From a virus, in IMG/VR virus record IMGVR_UViG_3300045988_165974, positions 64,001 to 128,000 of that record: a stretch of 64,000 nucleotides of DNA, one strand, 5' to 3'. The position numbers were made by a program, and so were the translations under genes. The notes under the pieces were generated by a model that saw only the letters and a list, made by a program, of their open reading frames with translations, had not been told where the DNA came from and ran no database searches. The stretch's first letter is position 1, and every line of letters starts with the position of its first letter. This document shows positions 44,631 through 54,817 of the stretch, in pieces.

Positions 44631-44632
44631 AC

Positions 44633-46090
44633 ATGAAAAAGAAAAACAATGATGTTATCATTGAGTTTTTAGGGACTAGTAGAGACGAAGTTACTGGCTC
44701 ATGTGTGCTAGTTTCATATGTAAATTCAGATGACGAAAGGGAAAATATCCTAATCGAATGTGGAATGAATCAAGGGGGTCCTACTATATTATCTGACTAT
44801 AATACAAATAAAAGAATGGTTGAGAAAGTTCCGTTTTCAAACATTAAATATATATTTGTTAATCATGTCCATGTAGACCATATAGGAAACCTTCCTACTG
44901 CCTTCAACAGAGGATTTACAGGAGAGGTAATAACAACAGAAGACAATAGAGAATTAATGATTCCCTTACTTAATGACACATATACAATACATTTAAAAAA
45001 TGTAAAAAAAATAAATGAAAAAGGAAAGAATTTAGATTTACTCTTTAATAAAATAGATGTACATACTACTATTCATAAAACTAGAATCTTTGAAAAAAAT
45101 ATTATTCATAAATTAAACGAAACTCTTTCTTTTAGATTCTTGCCAAATAATCATTGCGTAGGAGCTTGTCAATTAGAATTGTTTATTAAGAAACCAAGTG
45201 GGAAAATTGCTAAAATATTTTATTCATCAGATTTAGGCTCTAATTACAATTCTAAGCACTCTCCTTTCTTGGATGATATAGTATATTCAACTACTTCTGA
45301 CATAGCTATATTCGAAGCGACATATGGCAATAAAGACAGAAATTTTGCTAAGAAAAACGTAATCAACGAAAGAAAAGATTTAATTACACAAATAAAAAAA
45401 TATACTAGTATGAATCATCGAGTTTTAATACCTTCTTTTTCATTTAGTAGAAGTCAAATGCTTATGTCATTTTTATATGATAATTTAAAAGACGATAAAG
45501 ATTTTGACAACATTTCAGTTATAGTCGATTCTAAACTATTAAATGACATTAATGGAGTTTATAGCAAAATACTTAAAGGAGAAAATAAAGAATATTGGGA
45601 ACAGGTTTTAAGTTGGAGCAATTTTCATTTTGTTAAGGAATTTAAAGATACCGAAACCATTATTAAGAAGAAAGATATCCCAATGGTGATAATTTCAAGC
45701 GCTGGAATGTGTAATGCAGGTCATGTAGTAAGTTATGCTAAATCTATATTGCTAAATCCTAATGACTGCATGATATTTGTTGGTTATTGTGGCTTAAACA
45801 CTTTAGGAAGTATGATTCAGAATAATAGACTAAATAGCGTTACAATAAACAGAGAAATATACGAAAAAAAATGCGATATCATTTCTTACAAAACTTTTTC
45901 TTCTCATATACAACAAGCAGAACTTATTGATTATATGAAAAAAATCAATACAGGAAAAATTTTATTACATCATGGTAGTACTAGTAGTAAAGAGGAACTT
46001 AAATTAGCAGCTAAAGAAGAATTGTTCAAGGCAAATAAAACAACTCCTATTGAAATAGTAACAAATAAGAACAAGGAGTTTAGAGTTTAA
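44633..46090 (+). CDS. metallo-beta-lactamase fold nuclease (beta-CASP, RNase J/CPSF-like)
   Basis: VNHVHVDHIGNLP (HxHxDH); the size and layout fit the beta-CASP family. Confidence 0.7.
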   Translation: MKKKNNDVIIEFLGTSRDEVTGSCVLVSYVNSDDERENILIECGMNQGGPTILSDYNTNKRMVEKVPFSNIKYIFVNHVHVDHIGNLPTAFNRGFTGEVITTEDNRELMIPLLNDTYTIHLKNVKKINEKGKNLDLLFNKIDVHTTIHKTRIFEKNIIHKLNETLSFRFLPNNHCVGACQLELFIKKPSGKIAKIFYSSDLGSNYNSKHSPFLDDIVYSTTSDIAIFEATYGNKDRNFAKKNVINERKDLITQIKKYTSMNHRVLIPSFSFSRSQMLMSFLYDNLKDDKDFDNISVIVDSKLLNDINGVYSKILKGENKEYWEQVLSWSNFHFVKEFKDTETIIKKKDIPMVIISSAGMCNAGHVVSYAKSILLNPNDCMIFVGYCGLNTLGSMIQNNRLNSVTINREIYEKKCDIISYKTFSSHIQQAELIDYMKKINTGKILLHHGSTSSKEELKLAAKEELFKANKTTPIEIVTNKNKEFRV

Positions 46091-46293
46091 TGTATGACTT
46101 AGAATTTTATGACATTTTAGAACAAAGAAACGACTTATTACGAGAAGTCGAAGAACTTAAAGATGAAATTCGTTTTCTTACAGAAGAAATAGAAGATTAT
46201 CAGGAAGCTCTTGAACAACGGAATAACTTTAGAGACGAAATACAAAAAGAAAAAAAGTTTAAATCTCTTTACGAAAAAATAAAAGATTTCTAA
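46090..46293 (+). CDS. hypothetical acidic coiled-coil protein
   Basis: ORF track; ATG overlaps the upstream stop codon. Confidence 0.5.
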   Translation: MYDLEFYDILEQRNDLLREVEELKDEIRFLTEEIEDYQEALEQRNNFRDEIQKEKKFKSLYEKIKDF

Positions 46294-46302
46294 GGAGAAA
46301 CT

Positions 46303-46461
46303 ATGGAAAGCAAAATAAAGACTTATATTGGAGAAGATATAAGATTTAAAAATAAAAAAGTAACAATAAAATCAACTAGAGGAAATAAAAAATGTATATT
46401 TATTAATGATGAAATATATGGGAAAATTTATGCAACAGTTGATAAAAAATATTTGAAATAG
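46303..46461 (+). CDS. possible 52-aa basic protein
   Basis: Below the track cutoff. AAGGAG RBS; fills the gap between flanking genes. Confidence 0.4.
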   Translation: MESKIKTYIGEDIRFKNKKVTIKSTRGNKKCIFINDEIYGKIYATVDKKYLK

Positions 46462-46469
46462 GAGAAGTT

Positions 46470-46952
46470 ATGAGCTTTGACAAAGACATTATACTCGGAA
46501 ACGTTGGAGAAGAATTAACTTTAAAATTACTTAAACAGGATAAAACTATAACAAAAATTAAAGATGTTAGAACAGAGAGAAAATTTCAAAAATGGGATAT
46601 TGATTTTATCATATATAAAGGAGATAAAAAAATAAAACTAGAAGTCAAAACAGACAGATTGGCTTTTGAAACAGGAAATATTATATATGAAAAATATAGT
46701 AATATAAAATACAATTCAATCGGTTGTTTTGAGAAGACTAGAGCAAATTATATTCTTTATTATATTTTATATACAAATGTTTTGTATATCATTAATGTAT
46801 TAGAATTTAATTTTTGGGTTAATAGTCATAAACCTAATGAGTTAGAAGTTATTAGAATGGGCGATAATGCAATAGGCTATTTATTTTCATTAGAAGAATT
46901 AGAAGAACATTCTTTTATTGAGAAAGTATATTTAAGGGAGCGATTGATATGA
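46470..46952 (+). CDS. PD-(D/E)xK nuclease-fold protein
   Basis: WDIDFIIYKGDKKIKLEVKTD fits the D...(D/E)xK motif. Confidence 0.5.
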   Translation: MSFDKDIILGNVGEELTLKLLKQDKTITKIKDVRTERKFQKWDIDFIIYKGDKKIKLEVKTDRLAFETGNIIYEKYSNIKYNSIGCFEKTRANYILYYILYTNVLYIINVLEFNFWVNSHKPNELEVIRMGDNAIGYLFSLEELEEHSFIEKVYLRERLI

Positions 46953-47269
46953 ATAATTGTGCAACATGTTCAATGAGAGCAAAGCCTTATATTTCAAAAG
47001 AAATTGACTCACAATTAATGGATAAAGGCTTTAAATTTGACGATGGAGCTATCTATTATGATGATTCCGAAAACAATATTCATTTTACTATTTCAGTCTT
47101 TAGAAAAGATATAATAATAGGAAATGATTTAGACGATGGATATTCTGTACAATGTATAGTAGAAAAAGAAAAAATTACAAGTATTGATAAAATATTTGAA
47201 ATATTTGAAACAATTAAAAAAAGCAAATTTAAATTAAAAGATGATTTTAATGACGAAATTTTTAAATAG
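46949..47269 (+). CDS. hypothetical protein
   Basis: ORF track. Confidence 0.5.
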   Translation: MNNCATCSMRAKPYISKEIDSQLMDKGFKFDDGAIYYDDSENNIHFTISVFRKDIIIGNDLDDGYSVQCIVEKEKITSIDKIFEIFETIKKSKFKLKDDFNDEIFK

Positions 47270-47283
47270 AAAGAAGGAGTTAA

Positions 47284-49539
47284 ATGGAAAATTGGAATTT
47301 AACAGAATTACAACAAGACATTTGGAAACAAAAATATCAATATAAAGAAGAGTCTTTTGAAGAATGGTTAGATAGAGTGTCTAATAAAAATGAAAGATTA
47401 AAAAAATTAATTCGTGATAAAAAATTCATTTTTGGAGGAAGAATTTTAGCTAATCGTGGACTTCATAAAAAAGGAAAAAAAATTACTTATAGTAATTGTT
47501 ACGTTGTTCCAGCTCCAGAAGATTCTATAGAAGGAATTTTTGATTGTGCGAAACAATTAGCTAGAACTTTTTCATATGGTGGAGGGGTCGGAATTGATAT
47601 ATCAAAGCTAAGACCAAATGGAGCTATAGTAAATAATGCCGCTAAAACAACGACTGGTTCAGTTTCTTTTATGGAACTATATTCTATGGTTACAGACCTT
47701 ATAGGGCAAAGTGGAAGGCGCGGAGCATTGATGATTTCATTAAATGTCAATCATCCTGATATTGAAGATTTTATAAATATAAAAACCGATTTAACAAAAG
47801 TAACAAAAGCAAATATATCTGTAATGATTACAGATGATTTTATGAAGTCAGTTAAAAATAATGAGATGTACGATTGTAAGTTTTTTGTTAAAGATAATTC
47901 TCAACAAATTATTAAAAAGATAAATGCAAGAGAATTGTTTTTAAAACTTTGTTATAACAATTGGAATTTTGCAGAACCAGGTATTTTATATAAAGACAGA
48001 ATAGATAATTATAATTTATTACAATATGATGAAGATTTTGAATATGCAGGAGTAAATCCTTGTGCGGAAGAACCACTACCCGCAGGAGGTAGTTGTTTAT
48101 TAGGCTCTTTTAATTTAGCTGCTTATGTAAACTCTGGAATATTTAAAATTGATGAATTTAAAAAAGATATTTTTGTTGTAGTAGAAGCTATGAATGAAGT
48201 TTTAGATGAAGGACTTCCGTTACACCCTCTTAAAATACAAAGAGAGACAGTTAAAAATTATAGACAAATTGGAATTGGAGTTATGGGAATAGCGGATATG
48301 CTTATTAATATGGGAATTAAATATGGGTCAAAAGAATCTCTTGATATATGTGATAAAATAGGAGAAACTTTAGCGAACAATGCTTTAAGATGTTCTGCAT
48401 TATTAGCAAGAGATTACGGACCTTATCCAAAATATAAAGATTGTATACTAAAAAGTGATTTTCTAAAAGAAAATGCAGACAAAAAAACTATTAATTTAAT
48501 TAAAAAATATGGATTAAGAAATAGTCAAATACTTACAATCGCACCGACAGGGAGTATATCTACGATGTTAGGAATAAGTGGAGGAATAGAACCAATTTTT
48601 GCTTTTTCATATACTAGAAAAACAGAATCTTTATACGATAAAGATAAATATTACAAAGTTTACACTCCTATTGTTCAAAAGTTTTTAGATGAAAATAATG
48701 TAAAAGAAGAAGAACTTCCTGACTACTTCATATCTTCTGCGGAAATCAATCCAATAGACAGAGTTAAAATGCAAGGAGTTTGGCAAAAACATATAGATGC
48801 AAGTATATCGTCTACTGTTAATCTTCCTAATTCTGCAACTATAGATGATGTATACAATATTTATACTCAAGCTTGGGAACAAGGCTTAAAAGGTATTACG
48901 ATTTATCGCTCTGGATGTGCTAGAGAAGGAATTTTGACAACAAATGATAAAAATAAAGAAAATGAATTAGTCAGAGGAGAATGGTCCCCTATTCCTCAAG
49001 ATACTATATATGTAAAACGTAAAATATATACTGGCTGTGGAAAACTAGTTTTATTTGTTGGATATAGCAAATCAGAAAATAAAATAACGGATTTTTACAT
49101 TAAGAGAAGTGCATCTGGAGGTTGTGTTCATAATATAGATGCAGTAGTGATAAGTATGAGTGGAATGTTAAGACTAGGTGGTAATTTAAATAATATCGAA
49201 AAAGCATACAGAGGTTGTGGAACATGTTCTTCTTTTACTTCTGCTAGAGCTAAAGGAGAAAAATTATCAAAAGGGAAATCTTGTCCAACTGCTATTTTAA
49301 ATGCAATTAAAGAAGTTGAAAAGGAATTAATTGAAATAGAAAATGTAAGTGAAAATATTAAAGTTTCATTACAAAATTCAAAACAACTATTTTCAGACAA
49401 TGAAAAAACATTTATAGAAAAAAATGGAGACAGAGCTTATGCTCAAGTAACAAATAAATGTCCTATTTGTAATAATGAATTAGAAAATAGTGGAGGTTGT
49501 CAAGTTTGTCCAAGTTGTGGTTGGAGTAAATGCATGTAA
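47284..49539 (+). CDS. nrdJ: class II (adenosylcobalamin-dependent) ribonucleotide reductase
   Basis: GGGVGIDISKLRPNG, NPCAEEPL and TIAPTGSIS motifs. No ATP cone. Cys-rich C-terminal Zn ribbon. Confidence 0.8.
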   Translation: MENWNLTELQQDIWKQKYQYKEESFEEWLDRVSNKNERLKKLIRDKKFIFGGRILANRGLHKKGKKITYSNCYVVPAPEDSIEGIFDCAKQLARTFSYGGGVGIDISKLRPNGAIVNNAAKTTTGSVSFMELYSMVTDLIGQSGRRGALMISLNVNHPDIEDFINIKTDLTKVTKANISVMITDDFMKSVKNNEMYDCKFFVKDNSQQIIKKINARELFLKLCYNNWNFAEPGILYKDRIDNYNLLQYDEDFEYAGVNPCAEEPLPAGGSCLLGSFNLAAYVNSGIFKIDEFKKDIFVVVEAMNEVLDEGLPLHPLKIQRETVKNYRQIGIGVMGIADMLINMGIKYGSKESLDICDKIGETLANNALRCSALLARDYGPYPKYKDCILKSDFLKENADKKTINLIKKYGLRNSQILTIAPTGSISTMLGISGGIEPIFAFSYTRKTESLYDKDKYYKVYTPIVQKFLDENNVKEEELPDYFISSAEINPIDRVKMQGVWQKHIDASISSTVNLPNSATIDDVYNIYTQAWEQGLKGITIYRSGCAREGILTTNDKNKENELVRGEWSPIPQDTIYVKRKIYTGCGKLVLFVGYSKSENKITDFYIKRSASGGCVHNIDAVVISMSGMLRLGGNLNNIEKAYRGCGTCSSFTSARAKGEKLSKGKSCPTAILNAIKEVEKELIEIENVSENIKVSLQNSKQLFSDNEKTFIEKNGDRAYAQVTNKCPICNNELENSGGCQVCPSCGWSKCM

Positions 49540-49567
49540 TATAAATTTATTCAAAAGGAGTAACAAT

Positions 49568-49717
49568 ATGCAAAATAAAGAACTTATTAAATATTTATTA
49601 AAGAATTTTGAAGAACAAATTAAAATATGTAATTTTACAGATTCAGAAGGCCATCCATTAGAATTAAATATTCCTTTTTTGCAATTAATAAAAGAATTAC
49701 ACAAGGAAGTAGATTAA
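49568..49717 (+). CDS. hypothetical small protein
   Basis: ATG with an AAAGGAG RBS, within track ORF 49490..49717. Confidence 0.45.
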   Translation: MQNKELIKYLLKNFEEQIKICNFTDSEGHPLELNIPFLQLIKELHKEVD

Positions 49718-50205
49718 TGGATAAAATTAATTTTATGAATAGAAAATTATATATTGAAGATTTAATAATATATGCTCTAAGAGGAATTGATTATATAGAA
49801 ACCAAGAAAGGAGGCGAATTAATGCGAAAATTAGATACAATACAAACTAAAGAAAACTTAAACGACATCTATGCAATAGATAATATTGGGCCAGGTGGAG
49901 CAAATCATCAATATATGATTGTTCCAAATGGAACTCAAGTAACAGAAGAAACACTCAACTATGGATATTTAAATAAAATCCAAATGCAATGCGGCCCAAG
50001 AAATGAGACAAATCTAGAAAATGGATTACTCCCTAATGATTTATTAGAGATAGCTAGAGATATACTAAAAGGTTTTCAATCAGGTGACTTTGCAAATATA
50101 TATAATGAAAAAGCATTAGGACACATTGAAATAGCTTTACTATATCTTAATAAAAGAGTAGAAGACAGAATAAAAAGACAGGTGTTAGGCAAATATGAAA
50201 AATAA
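49717..50205 (+). CDS. hypothetical conserved phage protein
   Basis: ORF track. An alternative start at 49822 has a strong AAAGGAGG RBS. Confidence 0.55.
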   Translation: MDKINFMNRKLYIEDLIIYALRGIDYIETKKGGELMRKLDTIQTKENLNDIYAIDNIGPGGANHQYMIVPNGTQVTEETLNYGYLNKIQMQCGPRNETNLENGLLPNDLLEIARDILKGFQSGDFANIYNEKALGHIEIALLYLNKRVEDRIKRQVLGKYEK

Positions 50206-50407
50206 TCATGAAACATCTAAATATATAATATCAATTCTTGCAGTAGTTGGAATTATGTCTATTACTGTAGTAACAATTGCATATATATGTGTAATATTTA
50301 ATCTTGACGTAAACAACTATGAATCATTTGTTAAAGTATTACTTATAACAATTTTAATAGGCGGAACTTTATTTATAGTCAATGAAATAGACAAAATATC
50401 AAAATAG
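50195..50407 (+). CDS. small membrane protein (2 TM)
   Basis: ORF track; two hydrophobic segments. Confidence 0.5.
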   Translation: MKNNHETSKYIISILAVVGIMSITVVTIAYICVIFNLDVNNYESFVKVLLITILIGGTLFIVNEIDKISK

Positions 50408-50448
50408 AAAAGTGGGAACAAAGAAAAATAATAATTAGGAGTGATAAT

Positions 50449-50685
50449 ATGAAAATATATCCAAAAACTTTTAAGGTACTTGATGTAGTTAAAGGTAAAT
50501 ATAATCATATCACTGCATTAAAAGGAGCTACATTACAAATAGTTTCTTTTGGAAAACTAAGTTATCTATTATTTGATAATAAAATATGGATAAAAGAATT
50601 TAACAAACAAATAACTTATTTAGAATCTAAAAACGTATATCACCTAGAGTCTAAAGTAGGATTATTTGTATTAGCAGAAGTTTAG
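50449..50685 (+). CDS. hypothetical protein
   Basis: ORF track; AGGAG RBS. Confidence 0.5.
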   Translation: MKIYPKTFKVLDVVKGKYNHITALKGATLQIVSFGKLSYLLFDNKIWIKEFNKQITYLESKNVYHLESKVGLFVLAEV

Positions 50686-50693
50686 GAGGTAGT

Positions 50694-51257
50694 ATGAATC
50701 TATTTTTAATATGCGGAAAATCAAATAGCGGTAAAGATAGTTTAGTAAATGCTTTAATACAAAATCCTTTTTGTCATGTAGAAAAAGCAATAAACTTTAC
50801 CACTAGACCAAAAAGAGAAGGAGAAGTTGACGGACTTACATATAATTTCATTACAGAACAAGATTTTGAAGAAAAACTTAGAAATGGAGAAATATTAGAA
50901 TATGAGTCATATCAAATAGATTCTGAAAATACAAACTGGTTATATGGCTCTACAAGGAGTGAGTTGACTAAATCAGATAATGTAGTAGCAATAGTAAATC
51001 CAAAAGGCTTAAAATCCATTCTAGCAACTAATTTAGTCCCTTATATAACCACAATACTAATAGAATGTGATGACAGGATTCGCCTACAAAGAGCTTTAAT
51101 CAGAGATTCTAATGTTAAAGAAATTATTGATAGATATTTGCGTGATGAAAAAGACTTTGAACATACAGATTTATATGACTATAAAATAAATAATAAAGAC
51201 TTTTGTAAAGCTTATAATGAGCTTTTAGCAATAATAAAATCTAAACAAGGAGAATAA
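50694..51257 (+). CDS. gmk: guanylate kinase-like nucleotide kinase
   Basis: P-loop GKSNSGKDS plus TTRPKREGEVDGLTYNFITEQDF. Confidence 0.7.
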   Translation: MNLFLICGKSNSGKDSLVNALIQNPFCHVEKAINFTTRPKREGEVDGLTYNFITEQDFEEKLRNGEILEYESYQIDSENTNWLYGSTRSELTKSDNVVAIVNPKGLKSILATNLVPYITTILIECDDRIRLQRALIRDSNVKEIIDRYLRDEKDFEHTDLYDYKINNKDFCKAYNELLAIIKSKQGE

Positions 51258-51258
51258 T

Positions 51259-51501
51259 ATGGATATTAAAGATTTAGAAAAAAGAATAAGTACTGAAATA
51301 GAATATATTAAATCGCTCCTTAATGAAAGACTTGATGAAGTGAATGTTTTAATAAAAAAAGAATCAAATTATTTACAACCTAAAACAATAGAACAACTAA
51401 ATTTAGAAAAGAAAATAGTAAGTAAAGAATTAATTGTATTACAAGAGTTAGAACGTAGAGTTATGGGAAGTTTTAAAGAGTTTAAAAAAGGTAGAGTATA
51501 G
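51259..51501 (+). CDS. hypothetical protein
   Basis: ORF track. Confidence 0.5.
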   Translation: MDIKDLEKRISTEIEYIKSLLNERLDEVNVLIKKESNYLQPKTIEQLNLEKKIVSKELIVLQELERRVMGSFKEFKKGRV

Positions 51502-51503
51502 GA

Positions 51504-52004
51504 GTGATTGACATAAAAATATTAGGACTAGATGCATCTCTATCTTGTACAGGGCGGTGTATATTAGAAAACAATAAAGTAATTTCATATGGTAAAATTC
51601 AAACAAAGAAATCAGACTTTGATAATGACTTACAGAGATTAAAACATATTACAGATGAAATTGAAAAAATAGCTATACAAAATAAAATTAAAATAGTAGC
51701 TCTTGAAGACAGTATCCCAGTTAAAAGTAGTAGAAGTGTTATGCAGCTTAATATATTAAAAGGAGAGCTTATAAGAGCCTTACAGATGAATCAGATTGAC
51801 ATCGACCTAATATTCCCTTCTTCTGTTAAAAAGCTTGTAACAGGCAATGGGAGAGCCACAAAGGAAATTGTAGCTAAATACATTCAAGAAAACTACATTG
51901 ACATAGGTGAATATAGCGATAAGCAAGGAAAGAATAAAACATCTGATATATACGATGCAATAAGTATAGCAATAGCACATAATAATAAAATGTTAAAAGA
52001 GTAG
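51504..52004 (+). CDS. RuvC-like Holliday junction resolvase
   Basis: ILGLDASLSCTG, VALEDS and DIYDAISIAIAH acidic motifs. GTG start. Confidence 0.6.
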   Translation: MIDIKILGLDASLSCTGRCILENNKVISYGKIQTKKSDFDNDLQRLKHITDEIEKIAIQNKIKIVALEDSIPVKSSRSVMQLNILKGELIRALQMNQIDIDLIFPSSVKKLVTGNGRATKEIVAKYIQENYIDIGEYSDKQGKNKTSDIYDAISIAIAHNNKMLKE

Positions 52005-52023
52005 GATTTTTCCTACTTTTTTG
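52001..52023 (+). terminator. rho-independent terminator
   Basis: Stem gtagga/tcctac followed by a T6 run. Confidence 0.65.
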
Positions 52024-52052
52024 TTGACATACTGTTACAAAAATATTATAAT
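52024..52052 (+). promoter_or_regulatory. sigma-A type promoter
   Basis: TTGACA, 17-nt spacer, TATAAT. Confidence 0.65.
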
Positions 52053-52084
52053 AAAATCATAGAAATAAAAAAGGAGGAATCGAA

Positions 52085-52654
52085 ATGAGCGAATTTCAAG
52101 ATTTAGTAAAAGGTCAAAAAGTTGACTTAACAAAAGGAAATCCAGGATTAACTAAAATTCAAGTTGGACTTGGTTGGGATGTAAAAGCAGGAAATGGAGC
52201 AGACTTTGATTTAGATGCAGTTGCTTTATGTTTAACAAATGATAAACTAGTAGATAAATCAGATATGGTGTTTTATGGAAATCTTACACACAACAGCGGA
52301 GCAATAAAACATAGTGGAGATAACCTTACAGGAGCAGGAGAAGGTGTTGACGAGGCTATAAATATAGATTTATCTAAAGTCCCTGATGCAATAGACAAAA
52401 TAATATTTGCCGTATGTATTTATCAAGCCAACTCAAGAAGACAAAATTTTGGACAAGTTAATAATGCTTTTATTCAATTAATTAATTCTGAATCTAATGA
52501 AAAATTAGTTAAATTTGATTTATCAGAAGATTATTCAGTTGAGACTTCTATGATGTTAGGTGAAATATACAGACATAATGGTGAATGGAAATTTAGTGCT
52601 AAAGGAGAAGGAATAGAAGGAGAGCTTGGAGATGTTAGAGCTAGATATTTATAA
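52085..52654 (+). CDS. terD: TerD-family stress protein
   Basis: GLGWD...DFDLDA...FYGN...SGDNLTG.GEG.DE.I is typical of TerD. Confidence 0.85.
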   Translation: MSEFQDLVKGQKVDLTKGNPGLTKIQVGLGWDVKAGNGADFDLDAVALCLTNDKLVDKSDMVFYGNLTHNSGAIKHSGDNLTGAGEGVDEAINIDLSKVPDAIDKIIFAVCIYQANSRRQNFGQVNNAFIQLINSESNEKLVKFDLSEDYSVETSMMLGEIYRHNGEWKFSAKGEGIEGELGDVRARYL

Positions 52655-53006
52655 CAAAAACTTTATGAGAAATTCTGAAAAAAGACGAGTATATGTTTCT
52701 GGTAAATATGGTGGGAAACAAGAAAATAAAGATATTATAGAACAAAAAATTAAGGAATTAATTGCATATGATAAAAGAATGGGAATAGAAAATGTGGTAT
52801 ATATATCTCCTGTTCATTGTTTTGGATTTTTATATGATGAAGTTTCATATGAAAAAGGCATTGAGATGTGCTTAGAACTATTAAAGACATGCGATGAAAT
52901 AATATTTTTAGATTCTTGGCAAGATAGCCGTGGAGCTAATATAGAATATGGATTTGCAGAAGCCATGAAAATACCAATGTATTATGCAAAACGAGACAAT
53001 AAATAA
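52626..53006 (+). CDS. nucleoside 2-deoxyribosyltransferase-like (DUF4406-like) protein
   Basis: VYVSGKY...SPVH...CDEIIFLDSWQDSRGANIEYGFA pattern, called from memory. The start could be ATG 52632. Confidence 0.45.
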   Translation: MEMLELDIYNKNFMRNSEKRRVYVSGKYGGKQENKDIIEQKIKELIAYDKRMGIENVVYISPVHCFGFLYDEVSYEKGIEMCLELLKTCDEIIFLDSWQDSRGANIEYGFAEAMKIPMYYAKRDNK

Positions 53007-53066
53007 GACAATTGGGACAATATAGGGACTGGAGATTTTCTAGTCCCTATGTAATAGGAGGAGTTT

Positions 53067-53567
53067 ATGAAAGTTAAAATTAAAAAAACACACAAAGATA
53101 GTAAAATACCAGAATATAAAAATGGAAATTGGATGGATGCTTATGTTGCAGATGTAGCAATTGTATCTAATAATCAAGATTTCAAAATGAGTAATTTAGA
53201 ATGGACAAGTGAAATATGTGAAGATGCAAAAACAATATATATTCCTAGTGATTCAATAGTTATTATAAATCTTGGATTTGCAATACAATTACCAGAAGGT
53301 AGAGAAATGCATTTACTTCCTAGGAGTGGGACATTTCGTAAATATGGATTATTGTTAACAAATAGTCAAGGGATAATAGATACAAATTACTGTGGAGATA
53401 CAGACGTTGTAATGGCTATGTTTTATTCAACTAGACCAACAAGAATATCAATTGGAGAAAGACTTGTACAACTTAAGATAGAAAAAGTAATGGAGCAATA
53501 CGAGTTTGAAGTAGTGGATACACTTGGTAGTGAGGCTCGTGGTGGCTTTGGGAGTAGTGGACGATGA
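53067..53567 (+). CDS. dut: dUTPase
   Basis: PRSG...GIIDTNYCGD...RGGFGSSG motifs. Confidence 0.85.
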   Translation: MKVKIKKTHKDSKIPEYKNGNWMDAYVADVAIVSNNQDFKMSNLEWTSEICEDAKTIYIPSDSIVIINLGFAIQLPEGREMHLLPRSGTFRKYGLLLTNSQGIIDTNYCGDTDVVMAMFYSTRPTRISIGERLVQLKIEKVMEQYEFEVVDTLGSEARGGFGSSGR

Positions 53568-53600
53568 AAAGCTCAATAAAAAAATACAGAACTGCTTAGA

Positions 53601-53927
53601 ATGGTAAATACAAGACTCTCTCAAATAACTAAATTCTTTTCTGACTTTAATGTTGATTACATTGAATGTGATGAAAAAGTTTTAGAATCTAATTGTGACT
53701 ATTGTTATCAGCTAATAAGCCGTTGGGACACTTCTACAATAGAATTACAAGATGCTCTATTAGGTATTTATTTAAAATTAATTACAAAAGAAGTAATTCC
53801 TAAATATGGGAATAAAGACTTTGGAAATCGAGATTTTAAATATTTAATTGGAAATGTGCAGCTTGATTTAGATTTTGAGAGCAGATTTATGACAATTAAG
53901 TTACCAATAAAATTTGAGGAGGTGTAA
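53601..53927 (+). CDS. hypothetical protein
   Basis: ORF track. Confidence 0.5.
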   Translation: MVNTRLSQITKFFSDFNVDYIECDEKVLESNCDYCYQLISRWDTSTIELQDALLGIYLKLITKEVIPKYGNKDFGNRDFKYLIGNVQLDLDFESRFMTIKLPIKFEEV

Positions 53928-53929
53928 TT

Positions 53930-54580
53930 ATGCCAACATTAGGAATTGGGTATCAAAACAAATGGACTTCTATATGTGTAACTTACAATGGCAAGGTAGT
54001 GGAATTAACTAGTTTTTACGACAAAGATTTTAGTGATATTGCTTATCGCATAAATCAATATACTGAATTATATGATGTAAATTATATACTTTTAGATGAA
54101 AAAGAAAAAACTTTATATGAAGAATTATGTAAAGAGATTAATATCTCGAAAATATATCAATATAATAAAGATAAACAAATGGGATATGAGTTATTGGATA
54201 TACTCAATAACAGTTCTTTTGTTGAAGAATTAGGATATAAGATTTACAGAAAACAACCAGATTTTTTAGGGGACAAACAACTAGATAAAAGTAAATATAC
54301 TGATTCAGAAATAGCCATTTTAGATGCTATAGGTTGGGCATTTTATCAAAAAGAAGAAACACATAAAGCTCCTAAGCCATATAATTATAGCTATTTTGTT
54401 TCTTATCATTATAAAGTAGATGAAGGATTTGCAATTGGAAATACTATTATAGGGAGAAAAACAGAAATAAAAACAGTAGCAGACTTTAGAGATGTAGAAA
54501 AAGAAATTCTTGATTATGTGATAGGAGAGGATTGTGAAGTAGATAAAATAATTATCTTAAATTTCCAAAGAATGGAGTAA
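53930..54580 (+). CDS. hypothetical protein
   Basis: ORF track; GAGGAGG RBS. Confidence 0.5.
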   Translation: MPTLGIGYQNKWTSICVTYNGKVVELTSFYDKDFSDIAYRINQYTELYDVNYILLDEKEKTLYEELCKEINISKIYQYNKDKQMGYELLDILNNSSFVEELGYKIYRKQPDFLGDKQLDKSKYTDSEIAILDAIGWAFYQKEETHKAPKPYNYSYFVSYHYKVDEGFAIGNTIIGRKTEIKTVADFRDVEKEILDYVIGEDCEVDKIIILNFQRME

Positions 54581-54584
54581 TTAA

Positions 54585-54728
54585 GTGACAAAATACAAAA
54601 GAATTATTGAAGAAGGTGTAATTGGTAGAAATGATTTCTTTGCAATCAATCCTTGTGTAATTTGGAAAGGTTCTGATTTAAATACTAGTGATTTTTATTT
54701 ACTTAATACTCTAATAACCCTTTGTTGA
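54585..54728 (+). pseudogene. C-terminal remnant of a third Rep-like paralog
   Basis: The 47-codon frame ..KRIIEEGVIGRNDFFAINPCVIWKGSDL.. matches KRIIVKGEDEKVDYFITNPLLIWKGSDV at the C-terminus of 18510..19445. The same downstream DNA block follows. Confidence 0.55.
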
Positions 54729-54750
54729 CTGTTATTATTAGACACACTAC
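54727..54750. repeat. conserved block GACTGTTATTATTAGACACACTAC, copy 2
   Basis: Matches 19543..19572. Confidence 0.55.
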
Positions 54751-54817
54751 AGGTTAAGTCATTTAAAAATAGATTAGGTTGCTCTAATTATAGGGCGACC
54801 TATAGAAAGGAGAAAAT

